Positions 16,060-25,223 of a stretch of DNA of 64,000 nt are shown piece by piece. Position numbers and translations under genes: made by a program. Numbering within the stretch: the stretch's first letter is position 1; the number at the start of each line of letters is the position of its first letter. The notes under the pieces are model-generated. The model was not told the origin of the DNA. It searched no databases and saw only the letters and a list, made by a program, of their open reading frames with translations. The stretch is from Patescibacteria group bacterium. Its GTDB lineage: Bacteria > Patescibacteriota > Saccharimonadia > Saccharimonadales > UBA4665. The DNA lies in NCBI GenBank assembly GCA_038064375.1, contig JBBTTF010000001.1:125572-189571 (forward strand). The letters run 5' to 3'.

Positions 16060-17464
16060 ACAAATGCTCCTTGATTTCGCTGATTGCCATGCGCAAAGAT
16101 GCGTCAGTCCGAGCCTCTTCGTCTATTTTGTGTACAGAGTGAATGGCGGTGGTGTGGTCTTTGCGGCCAAGCTCACGAGCAATCTTAGGGAAGCTAAGCT
16201 TGAGCTCGTTACGTAGTATGTACATAGCGACTTGGCGCGGTACAACAATGTCTTTATCGCGCTTAGGACCAACAATATCCTCGTATGGTATCTGGAAGTG
16301 GCGGGCGGTGCGCTCAATTACCTGCTTGGCGCTAAGGTGCTTAGGTCGAACCTTGCTGACGTTGAGTAACCCGGTTGCAATATTGAGACTTGGCTCTAAG
16401 CCGCGCATCTCACAGTAAGCCATGAGTTGGTTGAGTGCACCCTCAAGCTCACGGATGTTGTTTTGAATATTAGTTGCTAGGTATTCGACGACGTCGTGAT
16501 CGAGTTCGTCAAAGTGGCCTTGAGCCTTGGTCTGTACGATTGCGCAACGTGTCTCAAAGTCAGGGATCTGCATGTCGATGCTCATTCCGCCAGCAAAGCG
16601 AGACCTTAAGCGGTCTTCTAGTGTTGGAATATCTTTTGGCGGCTTGTCTGCACTGATAATAATTTGCTTATTGGCTTGGTGAAGGGCATTAAAGGTGTGG
16701 AAGAACTCCTCTTGCATCTTCTCTTTGCCAGCAATGAACTGAACATCATCAACGATCAAAACATCAGCTGTTCGATAGTGACTAGCAAAAGCAGCGGTCT
16801 TACGGAATCTAAGCGCATCGACAAACTCCTGCACAAACTGCTCGGTAGATATGTATAAGACTTTAGCGTTGGGGTCGCGGGCAGCCAAGATGTTGCCAAC
16901 AGCCTGAATCAAGTGAGTCTTACCAATACCAACACCTCCATATAAGAACAGTGGGTTGTACTTGGTGCCCGGCTGACTTGCCACGGCTTGGCAAGCTGCA
17001 AATGCCAACTCATTACTACCACCAACAATAAAACTGTCCAGTGTGTAGCGCTCATTAAGGCCTTGTCGGTATGAGTGAGCGAGGCCACCGCCCAATGTTC
17101 CTTGGGTTCGTTTGGCTGCTGGTTCTTCTGTTGTAGTTTGTGGGCTGCTTGATTGTTGCGCTTGCTCGCTGTGAGACTCGCTCGCTGGGGTGTGTTTTGC
17201 ACGAGGTTTATCAGCATGTGTCGAGATAATCTTATACTCGATACCCTTGGAGGTTAGGCCATTCTTGGCTAGAGTTTCGACGATGACATCGCCATATTTG
17301 CGCTCAAGCTGTTGCTTGATAAAGATGTTGTTAACACCAATGGTAATAGTTTCGTCGGAGTGTTTGAGCAGACTGGTGCCTTTGAACCACGTCACAAAAT
17401 TCCCGTGCGAGACCGATAGTTCAATCTCTCCCAGAACCGCTTGCCACAACGCGTCTTGCTGCAT
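16052..17464 (-). CDS. dnaA: chromosomal replication initiator protein DnaA
   Basis: The AAA+ Walker A is LYGGVGIGKTHL and Walker B is VLIVDDVQF. The C-terminal DnaA-box-binding helix is GRKDHTTAIHSVHKI. A strong GAGGAG Shine-Dalgarno sequence lies upstream. The protein is 470 aa. Confidence 0.96.
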   Translation of the reverse strand: MQQDALWQAVLGEIELSVSHGNFVTWFKGTSLLKHSDETITIGVNNIFIKQQLERKYGDVIVETLAKNGLTSKGIEYKIISTHADKPRAKHTPASESHSEQAQQSSSPQTTTEEPAAKRTQGTLGGGLAHSYRQGLNERYTLDSFIVGGSNELAFAACQAVASQPGTKYNPLFLYGGVGIGKTHLIQAVGNILAARDPNAKVLYISTEQFVQEFVDALRFRKTAAFASHYRTADVLIVDDVQFIAGKEKMQEEFFHTFNALHQANKQIIISADKPPKDIPTLEDRLRSRFAGGMSIDMQIPDFETRCAIVQTKAQGHFDELDHDVVEYLATNIQNNIRELEGALNQLMAYCEMRGLEPSLNIATGLLNVSKVRPKHLSAKQVIERTARHFQIPYEDIVGPKRDKDIVVPRQVAMYILRNELKLSFPKIARELGRKDHTTAIHSVHKIDEEARTDASLRMAISEIKEHLYA

Positions 17465-17486
17465 ACCTCTCCTCTTAGTAGGATCT

Positions 17487-17515
17487 AATATACGACACTC
17501 GGGCTAACTTATCCA
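17487..17515 (-). promoter_or_regulatory. putative dnaA promoter (-35 TGGATA, 17-nt spacer, -10 TATATT), with the -35 inside a DnaA box
   Basis: On the minus strand, TGGATA is at 17515..17510 and TATATT is at 17492..17487, about 20 nt upstream of the GAGGAG Shine-Dalgarno sequence of dnaA. Confidence 0.5.
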
Positions 17516-17517
17516 CA
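17509..17517 (+). promoter_or_regulatory. DnaA box, perfect TTATCCACA
   Basis: Exact match to the consensus 9-mer. It overlaps the proposed -35 of the dnaA promoter. Confidence 0.75.
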
Positions 17518-17571
17518 CCCATAATTAACTTTCTTTGTGATTAGAGGTCGATAGGTCGACTAGAGGTATGT

Positions 17572-17580
17572 TTATGCACA
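17572..17580 (+). promoter_or_regulatory. DnaA box, one mismatch (TTATGCACA)
   Basis: Matches 8 of 9 positions of TTATCCACA. Confidence 0.5.
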
Positions 17581-17603
17581 GCAGAATCCCTCATCTGTTA
17601 ATG

Positions 17604-17612
17604 TGTGGATAA
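17604..17612 (-). promoter_or_regulatory. DnaA box, perfect (TGTGGATAA on the plus strand)
   Basis: Exact reverse complement of TTATCCACA. Confidence 0.75.
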
Positions 17613-17720
17613 CATGTCGCGTATGGGGGATAACTTAGCCCGTTTGGCGAAGAAGCATTGTCAAAACCACATGGTGCTGCCGTAAGGCACGAGTGGTTTG
17701 TTGAGTTGTCCGACTACGGC

Positions 17721-17785
17721 CTATAATAAAAATTATTAATATTTATTAGATTTTATTAAAGGCATAAATTGGTACAAAAAAACCG
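17721..17785. other. AT-rich putative DNA-unwinding element
   Basis: The sequence is ctataataaaaattattaatatttattagattttattaaaggcataaattggtacaaaaaaa. This is by far the most AT-rich stretch in the window. Confidence 0.5.
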
Positions 17786-17812
17786 AAGCGCAGGGACGCC
17801 GACCAAAACACC

Positions 17813-17841
17813 TTTACAAACAGGGGTAAGCAAGGTATAAT
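17813..17841 (+). promoter_or_regulatory. putative rpmH operon promoter (TTTACA, 17 nt, TATAAT)
   Basis: TTTACA is at 17813..17818 and TATAAT is at 17836..17841, about 46 nt upstream of the rpmH ATG. An AAGGAAA ribosome-binding site precedes the ATG. Confidence 0.55.
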
Positions 17842-17887
17842 TGGATCTAACATTCAATAGCAACAGCTACTTAAAGAAGGAAATCAC

Positions 17888-18025
17888 ATGCCAAAGCGAA
17901 CCTACCAACCCAAGAAACGTTCACGTGCCCGCGAACACGGCTTTTTAAAGCGAATGGCATCCAAGGCCGGTCGTAACGTTCTCAAGCGCCGCCGCACCAA
18001 AGGCCGAGCTAAACTTACTGCCTAG
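17888..18025 (+). CDS. rpmH: 50S ribosomal protein L34
   Basis: My own translation gives [45 protein letters not shown] (45 aa), the classic L34 sequence. It falls below the size cut-off of the ORF track. It lies 2 nt upstream of rnpA. Confidence 0.95.
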   Translation: MPKRTYQPKKRSRAREHGFLKRMASKAGRNVLKRRRTKGRAKLTA

Positions 18026-18027
18026 AA

Positions 18028-18381
18028 ATGATCAGCGTAGCTCACCGCTTTCATGGCTACGGCAGCCTACGCGGTGTCTATCAGGGTGGCAAAAACGTCC
18101 GCGGCTCATTAGTAAGCCTTAGGTTTCGTAGTAGAGGCCCAAACAAACCGTATCGCGTTGCGGTAGTTGTTAGTCGCAAGGTTAACAAGTCTGCTGTGGT
18201 GCGCAACCGTATTAGACGCAGGATTTATGAGGTTGTGCGACAATCCGAAGCCTCAATAGAGGCAGGCACTGATCTAGTGATAACGGTGTTTGACGATAAA
18301 GTTGCCGAGATAGAGGCCCAAAAGTTGCAGTCGGCGATCAGCGAATTATTGCAAAAAGCCTCCAGCCAACCCACCAAATAG
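18028..18381 (+). CDS. rnpA: ribonuclease P protein component
   Basis: 117 aa and basic. The RNR motif is KSAVVRNRIRRRIYE. The position is the canonical rpmH-rnpA-yidC one. Confidence 0.9.
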   Translation: MISVAHRFHGYGSLRGVYQGGKNVRGSLVSLRFRSRGPNKPYRVAVVVSRKVNKSAVVRNRIRRRIYEVVRQSEASIEAGTDLVITVFDDKVAEIEAQKLQSAISELLQKASSQPTK

Positions 18382-18446
18382 CCCCCAAACATCGGTCAGA
18401 CGTGCTATAGTAGAGAGCAAATAACGTAAAGGGAGTCCCGAGGCCC

Positions 18447-19391
18447 ATGTTTACGACATTAGTAGTCCAACCTCTTTTTAACCTGTTGGCATTGATCTAC
18501 GCCTTGATACCGGGGCACAACTTTGGCCTAGCGCTGATCATCTTCACGATAATTATTCGTTTGGCTTTGTGGCCAATGGTCAAAAAGCAGCTGCATCAAG
18601 CCAAGGCGATGCGCAAGCTACAACCCGAGATTAAGCGCGTTAAGAAGGCAACCAAGGGCAATCGTGCCCAAGAGTCGCAGATGTTGATGGAACTCTACAA
18701 AGAACGTGGCATCAACCCGTTTGCTACATTTCCAACCTTAATCGTTCAGTTTATTATCTTGATTGGCTTATATAGTGGTCTTAATAAGCTGATTCATGAT
18801 CCAAACGCTTTGGTAACATTCACCTATCCGTTTGTTCAGGGTTTGCCGTGGATGGAGCAGCTAGCCAAAAACATTCACCTGCTTGATAACACCTTATTTG
18901 GCTTTGTTGATCTGAGTCGCGCAGCTCTTGGAAAGGGCGGCGTGTATTGGCCAGCAATGTTCTTAGTTATTGGTAGTGCCGTAGCGCAGTTCTATCAGAC
19001 CAAGCAACTGATGCCTAGCAACAAAGACGGCCGTAGCCTGCGTACCATTCTCAAAGAAGCCGGTACAGGCAAGCAGGCCGATCAGTCAGAGGTGAATGCC
19101 GCTGTCTTTAGCAGTACAAAGTTCTTGCTGCCGGTGATGATCTTTGTCTTCACGGTTAACCTAGCCTCTGCCCTAAGCCTTTACTGGTTTGTCGGTGGAA
19201 TCGTTGCCTACATCCAGCAGAGCATTGTTCTTAACAAAGACGAAGAAGAGATGGAAGCTATCGCTGATAAGCCAGACAAGAAAAAGAAGAACCTAAGCAA
19301 AATCCCAGAGGCAGAAATCGTCTCCACAAACACCAAAAAGCCAACTCCCAAGGCCAAAAAACAGACTAAAAAACGGAGGAAAAAGAGATGA
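18447..19391 (+). CDS. yidC: YidC/Oxa1-family membrane protein insertase (short Gram-positive-type, polybasic C-terminal tail)
   Basis: The five-TM core includes IIRLALWPMVKKQ, MRKLQPEIKRVKK and MLMELYKERGINPF. The tail is KKPTPKAKKQTKKRRKKR. An AAGGGAG Shine-Dalgarno sequence is present. Confidence 0.9.
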   Translation: MFTTLVVQPLFNLLALIYALIPGHNFGLALIIFTIIIRLALWPMVKKQLHQAKAMRKLQPEIKRVKKATKGNRAQESQMLMELYKERGINPFATFPTLIVQFIILIGLYSGLNKLIHDPNALVTFTYPFVQGLPWMEQLAKNIHLLDNTLFGFVDLSRAALGKGGVYWPAMFLVIGSAVAQFYQTKQLMPSNKDGRSLRTILKEAGTGKQADQSEVNAAVFSSTKFLLPVMIFVFTVNLASALSLYWFVGGIVAYIQQSIVLNKDEEEMEAIADKPDKKKKNLSKIPEAEIVSTNTKKPTPKAKKQTKKRRKKR

Positions 19392-19852
19392 ACAGCTCAA
19401 TGGAAGAAGCAATCCAATACTCTAAGAAATACCTAGAAGATCTATTATCATTCTTTGGCCTAAACACTGACGTCTACGCAACTAGCGACGACGAAGTGAT
19501 CCAGCTAAGCGTCCCCAGCACACATCTCAATGGCTTTTTGATTGGTCAGCGCGGTGAGAACATGCGCTCATTGCAATATCTGACTAGCACAGCACTCAAG
19601 AACAATGATTACGAACACAATCGCATCAACGTCGACATCGCCGACTACAAGAAGCAGCGCGCCGAGCGCTTGCGTGAACGCGCTGAGGTCTGGGTTAAGC
19701 AAGTCCGTGACAGTGGTGAATCTATGGATGTAGAGCCCATGAACGCTGCCGACAGGCGCGTTGTTCACCAGCTTGCAGCTGAGTACGGTCTAACCAGCGA
19801 ATCTGCTGGTGAGGGTCGTGACCGACATATTGTGCTTAAGAAGGGTGACTAG
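19388..19852 (+). CDS. jag: Jag/KhpB-type RNA-binding protein (KH plus R3H domains)
   Basis: The KH-like segment is GFLIGQRGENMRSLQYL. The R3H segment is MNAADRRVVHQLAAEYGLTSESAGEGRDRHIVL. An ATGA overlap links it to yidC. Confidence 0.85.
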   Translation: MNSSMEEAIQYSKKYLEDLLSFFGLNTDVYATSDDEVIQLSVPSTHLNGFLIGQRGENMRSLQYLTSTALKNNDYEHNRINVDIADYKKQRAERLRERAEVWVKQVRDSGESMDVEPMNAADRRVVHQLAAEYGLTSESAGEGRDRHIVLKKGD

Positions 19853-21174
19853 CTAACGAGAACGGGTCGTCGGCCAATACTGTAATAGCTAAAACCAGCG
19901 GCCTGCATCTGCGCAGGCTGAAAAACGTTACGGCCGTCAAATACCAGTGGCTGCTCCAATGACTTAGCAACTATGCTCAGATCGCTATCACCAAACTCAG
20001 GCCACTCGGTGGCGATAAGCAAAGCCGTGGCACCAGACAAGGTGTCGTACTTATCATCAACTATCTTAACGCGGTCGTCACCTTCGTAGACGGCACGGAC
20101 ATTATCAGCAGCCTCCGGGTCGTAAGCGACAACCTTTGCCCCGGCCTCGAGTAGTCGATTAATAATCGTCAGGGCAGGCGCCTCGCGGATGTCATCGGTA
20201 TTGGGCTTGAAGGCTAGGCCCCACAGAGCAAAAGTCTTACCCGAAATGTTGCCATCAAAATGATCAAGTAGCTTGGTGACCAAAACTTCTTGCTGCTGGT
20301 CGTTGATAGCCATAGCAGCCGTTAGGAGCTTGAAGTCATAGTTGTGCTCCTCGGACATATGCTTGAGCGCACGCACGTCCTTAGGGAAGCAGCTGCCACC
20401 ACAACCAATACCTGGGTAAAGAAACTTTTCGCCAATGCGGCTATCGGCACCAATGGCTTGTCGCAACATGTCGACATCAGCGCCCATTCGCTCACTGAGC
20501 TGTGCCATTTCGTTCATAAAGCTGATCTTGGTTACCAAGAAGGTATTAGCAGCGTATTTAGTTAGTTCGGCGGTGCGGGGGTCGGTGACATAGAGAGGGC
20601 GTTCGTCATTGGTGAAAGAAGCATAGAGTTCGCGCATGACTGCCTCAGCCTCTTTGCTGCTAACGCCAACTACTACACGTTCTGGTTCCATAAAGTCAGC
20701 TATCGCGTGACCTTCCCGCAAGAACTCTGGGTTAGAGGCAACATCAAATGGACTAGTAGCTTTGGCAGCGATGGCTTCGTGTACGGCCTCAGCAGTGCCC
20801 ACGGGGACAGTGCTCTTGTCGATAACTACGCAATACTCAGAGGGTAGGCAGTCCCCCAAGGCTTCGGCGACTTTAAGTACAGCCGACAGATCGGCCGAAC
20901 CATCTTCCATCGGTGGTGTAGGCAATGCCAAGAAGATAGCTTTAGCATCAGCAATCCCTTCGGCGAGACTGGTTGTAAAGGTCAATCGACCTTGCTCGAT
21001 GGCGCGCGCCATGACCTCTTCTAGATTGGGCTCATAAATGGGAGAAACGCCCTGCTTGAGCTGCGCGACCTTAGCCTCGTTATTGTCGACACAAACAACA
21101 TTGTGCCCGCTATCCGCGAGACAACAACCAGTAACCAGTCCGACATAACCTGTCCCTACAATTGTCACATTCAT
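19849..21174 (-). CDS. ugd: UDP-glucose 6-dehydrogenase
   Basis: The Rossmann segment is MNVTIVGTGYVGLVTG. The catalytic-Cys segment is GCGGSCFPKDVRAL. The protein is 441 aa. Confidence 0.88.
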   Translation of the reverse strand: MNVTIVGTGYVGLVTGCCLADSGHNVVCVDNNEAKVAQLKQGVSPIYEPNLEEVMARAIEQGRLTFTTSLAEGIADAKAIFLALPTPPMEDGSADLSAVLKVAEALGDCLPSEYCVVIDKSTVPVGTAEAVHEAIAAKATSPFDVASNPEFLREGHAIADFMEPERVVVGVSSKEAEAVMRELYASFTNDERPLYVTDPRTAELTKYAANTFLVTKISFMNEMAQLSERMGADVDMLRQAIGADSRIGEKFLYPGIGCGGSCFPKDVRALKHMSEEHNYDFKLLTAAMAINDQQQEVLVTKLLDHFDGNISGKTFALWGLAFKPNTDDIREAPALTIINRLLEAGAKVVAYDPEAADNVRAVYEGDDRVKIVDDKYDTLSGATALLIATEWPEFGDSDLSIVAKSLEQPLVFDGRNVFQPAQMQAAGFSYYSIGRRPVLVS

Positions 21175-21209
21175 GAGGTTTTATTATACATGGCCCCGAG
21201 GCTAAAAGC

Positions 21210-22298
21210 TCAACCTGCTCGTTTGTAGACTTCGAGTGTTTGCGCGGCCGTACGCTGCCACGAGTATTCGGAGGCCTTGGCTTTGCCGTTGTTTATAAAG
21301 GTTTGCCGCAGCTCTTGGTTGGTCAGAACCTCGTTGATGGCGTGTGACATGGACTGAACGTCCAGAGGGTCAAAGTAGTGCGCAGCGTCACCATAGATCT
21401 CAGGCAGACAACTGGCGTTGCTACTGACTACTGGCGCGCCGTGCATCATGGCCTCTAATCCCGGCAGACCAAAACCTTCGCTCAAAGAAGGGAATACATA
21501 AGCTTGAGTCTGCTCATACAGCCAGCGCAACTGCCCTTCGCTGACAAAGTCGGTAAACACTACGTTTGCAATCCCGCGACTGGTGACCATTGCTTCGACA
21601 CGAGCGTAGTTGCTATCCTTCTTGCCTGCGAGCACTAGCACAAGATCAGGGTGCTGACCTTTGAGCAGAGCAAAGGCTTCTATCAAGCGCTCCAGATTCT
21701 TGTGGGGCATCGGGCGACCGACGTACATGATGAACGGCTTGCCTTCGAGCTCTGGCATAGTCTGTGCCGGTTCGATAATTGCGTCGGCCGCTTCAAGGGT
21801 CACAGTGATTTTATCCGGACTTACCCCGCTAAAATTAACCAAATCCTTTTTGGCAAACTGTGATCCTGTTATTATTGCCACGGATTTCTTAAGCACTCGT
21901 TTTATAACAAGCCGATAGATATGCTGCTTGAAGCGAAAGACGATCATGTTTTTGCTTGGATTATCGAAACGTAGAGCAGTCAGGTCGTGAACCGTAGACA
22001 CGACTCTGCCGCGGTACAAGATTGGCTGTTGCGCAAACGGAAAGTGCACCAGATCGGCTTGTTGACGCTTGATTAGACGCTTCAGCCCAAGCTGCTCCCC
22101 AAAGCTGAACTCCTTGTAAGGACAAATTATCTTGCTAAAACGATTATTGCTGGGCTGCCAGCCTTCGGCGTCTTGGGGCTTGAGCAGTACTCTATATTCG
22201 TTTTCATGGTCAATAAGTTGCAGATAGTGCAATAGTCTTTCAACATAACGACCGGAGCTGGTGCGAAGTTCGCGGGCGTCTATAACGATTCGTTTCAT
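21210..22298 (-). CDS. GT4-family glycosyltransferase (mannosyl/rhamnosyl-transferase-like)
   Basis: The start MKRIVIDARELRTSSGRYVERLL (ATG 22298) is typical of WbdC/MtfB-type enzymes. The E-x7-E region is PSLSEGFGLPGLEAMMHGAPVV. The 27-codon extension in the track ORF is unlikely to be translated. Confidence 0.8.
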   Translation of the reverse strand: MKRIVIDARELRTSSGRYVERLLHYLQLIDHENEYRVLLKPQDAEGWQPSNNRFSKIICPYKEFSFGEQLGLKRLIKRQQADLVHFPFAQQPILYRGRVVSTVHDLTALRFDNPSKNMIVFRFKQHIYRLVIKRVLKKSVAIITGSQFAKKDLVNFSGVSPDKITVTLEAADAIIEPAQTMPELEGKPFIMYVGRPMPHKNLERLIEAFALLKGQHPDLVLVLAGKKDSNYARVEAMVTSRGIANVVFTDFVSEGQLRWLYEQTQAYVFPSLSEGFGLPGLEAMMHGAPVVSSNASCLPEIYGDAAHYFDPLDVQSMSHAINEVLTNQELRQTFINNGKAKASEYSWQRTAAQTLEVYKRAG

Positions 22299-22407
22299 AG
22301 ACTTATAGTAACTTAGGCAAAATCTAAAAGTAAGAGGCAGACTTTGGCGCAGGCTAGATGTTATACTATTGCTTAGCAATAAAATCTAGACGGAGGCGAC
22401 GCGACTA

Positions 22408-23403
22408 ATGGCAAAGACTGCACTTATCACAGGCATTACTGGGCAAGATGGTTATCACTTGGCAGAACTATTGAACTCAAAAGGCTATGAAGTCTACGGC
22501 ATAATCCGCGGCCAACAAAACCCTAAGCGTCAGCGCGTTGAGCAAGAGCAGCCATACATCAAACTCATTGAGGCTGACCTTGTAGACCAGTCATCACTCG
22601 TCAACGCCATTCAGATATCTAAGCCTGACGAGGTGTACAACCTAGCCGCTATTAGCCACGTTGGATATTCTTTTAAGACGCCACAGCTAGTTGCTGATGT
22701 TACGGGCAAGGGTGTTCTTAACCTACTTGAAGCTATTCGTCAGACCGGCGGTGCTAAGACGATTCGCTTTTATCAAGCTTCAACTTCTGAGATGTTTGGT
22801 GGTCTGGACTACAACCGACCTGGCAAGGGCTATGACGAGGACGCCCTATTCCACCCAAGAAGCCCATATGGTGTAGCTAAGCTCTACGGACACTGGATTA
22901 CCAAGAACTATCGCGAGAGCTATGACATGCACGCTAGCTGTGGCATATTGTTCAACCACGAAGGCGAACGACGCGGCCTAGAGTTTGTAACTCGCAAGAT
23001 TAGTAATGCTGTTGCTCGCATTCACCTTGGTAAGCAAGACCACATTGAGCTCGGCAACCTCGAGCCTAAGCGAGACTGGGGCTACGCTGGTGACTACGTA
23101 GAAGGTATGTGGCGAATGCTGCAGCAAGACCAGCCTGATGACTTTGTCTTGGCAACTGGCGAGACGCACTCTATTGGTGAATTCTTGGAGCTGGCCTTTA
23201 AAGAAATCGGAATAGACGACTGGAAGCCTTACGTTAAAGAGAACCCTGCCTTTATGCGACCAGCAGAAGTCGACATCTTACTCGGCGACCCTTCAAAAGC
23301 CGAAAGAGTTCTTGGCTGGAAGCGCAAAGTCGACTTTGAAGGTCTTGTTAAGCTGATGGTCCAGAACGACATCGGCCTAGAATCAGCCGACACCCTTAAG
23401 TAG
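22408..23403 (+). CDS. gmd: GDP-mannose 4,6-dehydratase
   Basis: The N-terminus is ALITGITGQDGYHLAELLNSKGYEVYGIIRG. The YxxxK segment is SPYGVAKLYGHW. The protein is 331 aa. Confidence 0.92.
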   Translation: MAKTALITGITGQDGYHLAELLNSKGYEVYGIIRGQQNPKRQRVEQEQPYIKLIEADLVDQSSLVNAIQISKPDEVYNLAAISHVGYSFKTPQLVADVTGKGVLNLLEAIRQTGGAKTIRFYQASTSEMFGGLDYNRPGKGYDEDALFHPRSPYGVAKLYGHWITKNYRESYDMHASCGILFNHEGERRGLEFVTRKISNAVARIHLGKQDHIELGNLEPKRDWGYAGDYVEGMWRMLQQDQPDDFVLATGETHSIGEFLELAFKEIGIDDWKPYVKENPAFMRPAEVDILLGDPSKAERVLGWKRKVDFEGLVKLMVQNDIGLESADTLK

Positions 23404-23405
23404 TA

Positions 23406-24332
23406 CTAGCGAGAACGCCAGTCGGCAATAACGTCGGCCAGAGTAGTTTCTATATCAATTGCTGGTTGCCAGCCGGTATCCTGAGCTAGCTTGTCGTGAC
23501 TGCCGTATATCAACGGATTATCGGCAGGGCGCATCTTAGCTGGATCAGTCTTGATCTCAGGACTGGACTCAGTGGAGGCAAGCAGGCCTTTGAGAATGTC
23601 GTGGCCGCTGCGTGGTGTGCCAGAACAGATGTTATAGACTTGGCCGGCACGACCCTTTTGCAATAGCAGACGGTAGGCACGAACAATATCACGAACGTCG
23701 GTGTAGTCACGTTGAGCCTCGAGATTGCCTACCAGCACCTCTTGAGCATTGCCCTTCTCGACTTCAACAATCTGTTGAGCTAAGTCAGGAACAATAAAGC
23801 CAGGGCCTTGGCCGGGGCCAATGTGATTAAAAGGACGGGCGATTATCGAGTCAAAGCCACGCCCGTGATAGTAATGGGCCATTTGCTCTTGGCCGATCTT
23901 GCTGACGGAGTATGGTGAGCTTGGCTCGACAGGGGAGTCTTCGTTTAGAGGCAGAGACGCAGTTGCATCGTAGAGGCTGCCACTGCTGATAATCAAAAAG
24001 CGCGGTGATGCACCTTGAGACAAGGCGGCTTCAAACAAGTTAACCTCAATACCGACGTTTACAGACATGTAAAGCATCGGGTTATCAAAGGAGGCACCAA
24101 CGGCGGCTAGGCCAGCAAGGTGGATTACGCCATCTATGTCTGTGAAGTCTATTTGGGCGACCTGATCGGGCTTGGTTAGGTCGAGCTCCAGATAGGTCGC
24201 GACATAAGGTGATTTGTCCTTGGCTCCTTGTGGACCGCCAACACCAACGACGGCTATGCCGTGCTCGTGCAGTTCTTTAACTAGGTGTTGGCCGACAAAT
24301 CCGTTGGCTCCTGTGACTAAAATCTTTTTCAT
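23406..24332 (-). CDS. rmd: GDP-6-deoxy-D-lyxo-4-hexulose (GDP-4-keto-6-deoxy-D-mannose) reductase, Rmd-like
   Basis: MKKILVTGANGFVG, SPYSVSKIGQE, ARPFNHIGPGQ, VGNLEAQRDYTDVRDIVRAYRLL, AGQVYNICSG, DPAKMRPAD and TGWQPAIDIETTLADVIADWRSR track the P. aeruginosa Rmd sequence as I remember it. The gene is adjacent to gmd. Confidence 0.75.
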   Translation of the reverse strand: MKKILVTGANGFVGQHLVKELHEHGIAVVGVGGPQGAKDKSPYVATYLELDLTKPDQVAQIDFTDIDGVIHLAGLAAVGASFDNPMLYMSVNVGIEVNLFEAALSQGASPRFLIISSGSLYDATASLPLNEDSPVEPSSPYSVSKIGQEQMAHYYHGRGFDSIIARPFNHIGPGQGPGFIVPDLAQQIVEVEKGNAQEVLVGNLEAQRDYTDVRDIVRAYRLLLQKGRAGQVYNICSGTPRSGHDILKGLLASTESSPEIKTDPAKMRPADNPLIYGSHDKLAQDTGWQPAIDIETTLADVIADWRSR

Positions 24333-24415
24333 TATGAAGACCATTATATATGACTCTTCAAAACCAAGCCCAGATAAGTTGTAGTAAGGGGTTAATCAGG
24401 GTAAAATAGAGCATA

Positions 24416-25222
24416 ATGCACAACCTGACCCAGCGTTACCGCTACTCTATCATTTTGCTCAAGCAGCTTGTTAAAACTGATTTCAAGTTACGCTACCAAG
24501 GCTCTATTTTGGGCTATGCGTGGTCACTGCTCCGTCCACTGTTTCTGTTTATTATTCTTTACATTGTTTTTGCTAAATTCTTGAAAGTTGGCGGAAGTAT
24601 TCCACACTTTCCGGTGTACTTATTGCTTGGTATTGTGCTCTGGAACTACTTTGCTGAGGTGACTATGGGTGGGGTAAGTGCGATAGTCGGCAGAGGTGAT
24701 CTACTAAGAAAAATTAACTTCCCTAAGTATGTTTTGATCTTGGCTGGATCCTTTTCAGCGTTCATTAACTTGATACTAAACTTTATAGTAATTGCCTTAT
24801 TTATGGTTTTGACTGATGTCAGCATCTCGTGGAGCGCAATAATTATGATTCCGATAATTGCTGAGCTATTTATATTTTCTATAGCAATGGCCTTTTTCTT
24901 GAGCGCACTGTACGTTAAGTTCCGTGACGTGTCTTACATCTGGGAGGTTATTATGCAGGGCGCGTTCTACGCGACGCCAATTCTGTATCCCCTGAGTCTA
25001 ATACCGGTGGCCGCCGCCAAACTTTTGATCCTAAATCCTATGGCGCAGATCATACAGGACTCTAGATACGTGCTTGTAACTAAGGATACTGACACGATTC
25101 ATACGCTTTACGGTGGAAACAACTGGGTCTGGGCTATACCAATCGGCATTACCTTAGTGACAGCAGTATTGGCGGCATCCTATTTCCGATCACAGTCTAA
25201 GCATTTCGCGGAGGAAATTTAG
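24416..25222 (+). CDS. wzm: ABC-2 type polysaccharide export permease (Wzm/TagG-like)
   Basis: 268 aa with about 6 TM helices. The N-terminal motif is FKLRYQGSILGYAWSLLRPL. The gene lies 1 nt upstream of the ATPase gene. Confidence 0.88.
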   Translation: MHNLTQRYRYSIILLKQLVKTDFKLRYQGSILGYAWSLLRPLFLFIILYIVFAKFLKVGGSIPHFPVYLLLGIVLWNYFAEVTMGGVSAIVGRGDLLRKINFPKYVLILAGSFSAFINLILNFIVIALFMVLTDVSISWSAIIMIPIIAELFIFSIAMAFFLSALYVKFRDVSYIWEVIMQGAFYATPILYPLSLIPVAAAKLLILNPMAQIIQDSRYVLVTKDTDTIHTLYGGNNWVWAIPIGITLVTAVLAASYFRSQSKHFAEEI

Positions 25223-25223
25223 T

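Larger units (their letters stand above)
17465..17887. other. candidate chromosomal replication origin (oriC) between divergent dnaA and rpmH
   Basis: This is a 423-nt non-coding gap. It contains two perfect and one single-mismatch DnaA box, plus a 65-nt stretch that is almost pure A/T (17721..17785). The flanking core genes are transcribed away from it. Confidence 0.7.

Noticed and set aside
22370-22380. An 11-nt palindrome, TTGCTTAGCAA, in the divergent GT4/gmd promoter region, as a possible operator.
   Set aside because: It is short and occurs once, with no cognate regulator nearby. It could easily arise by chance, so it is not reported as a feature.
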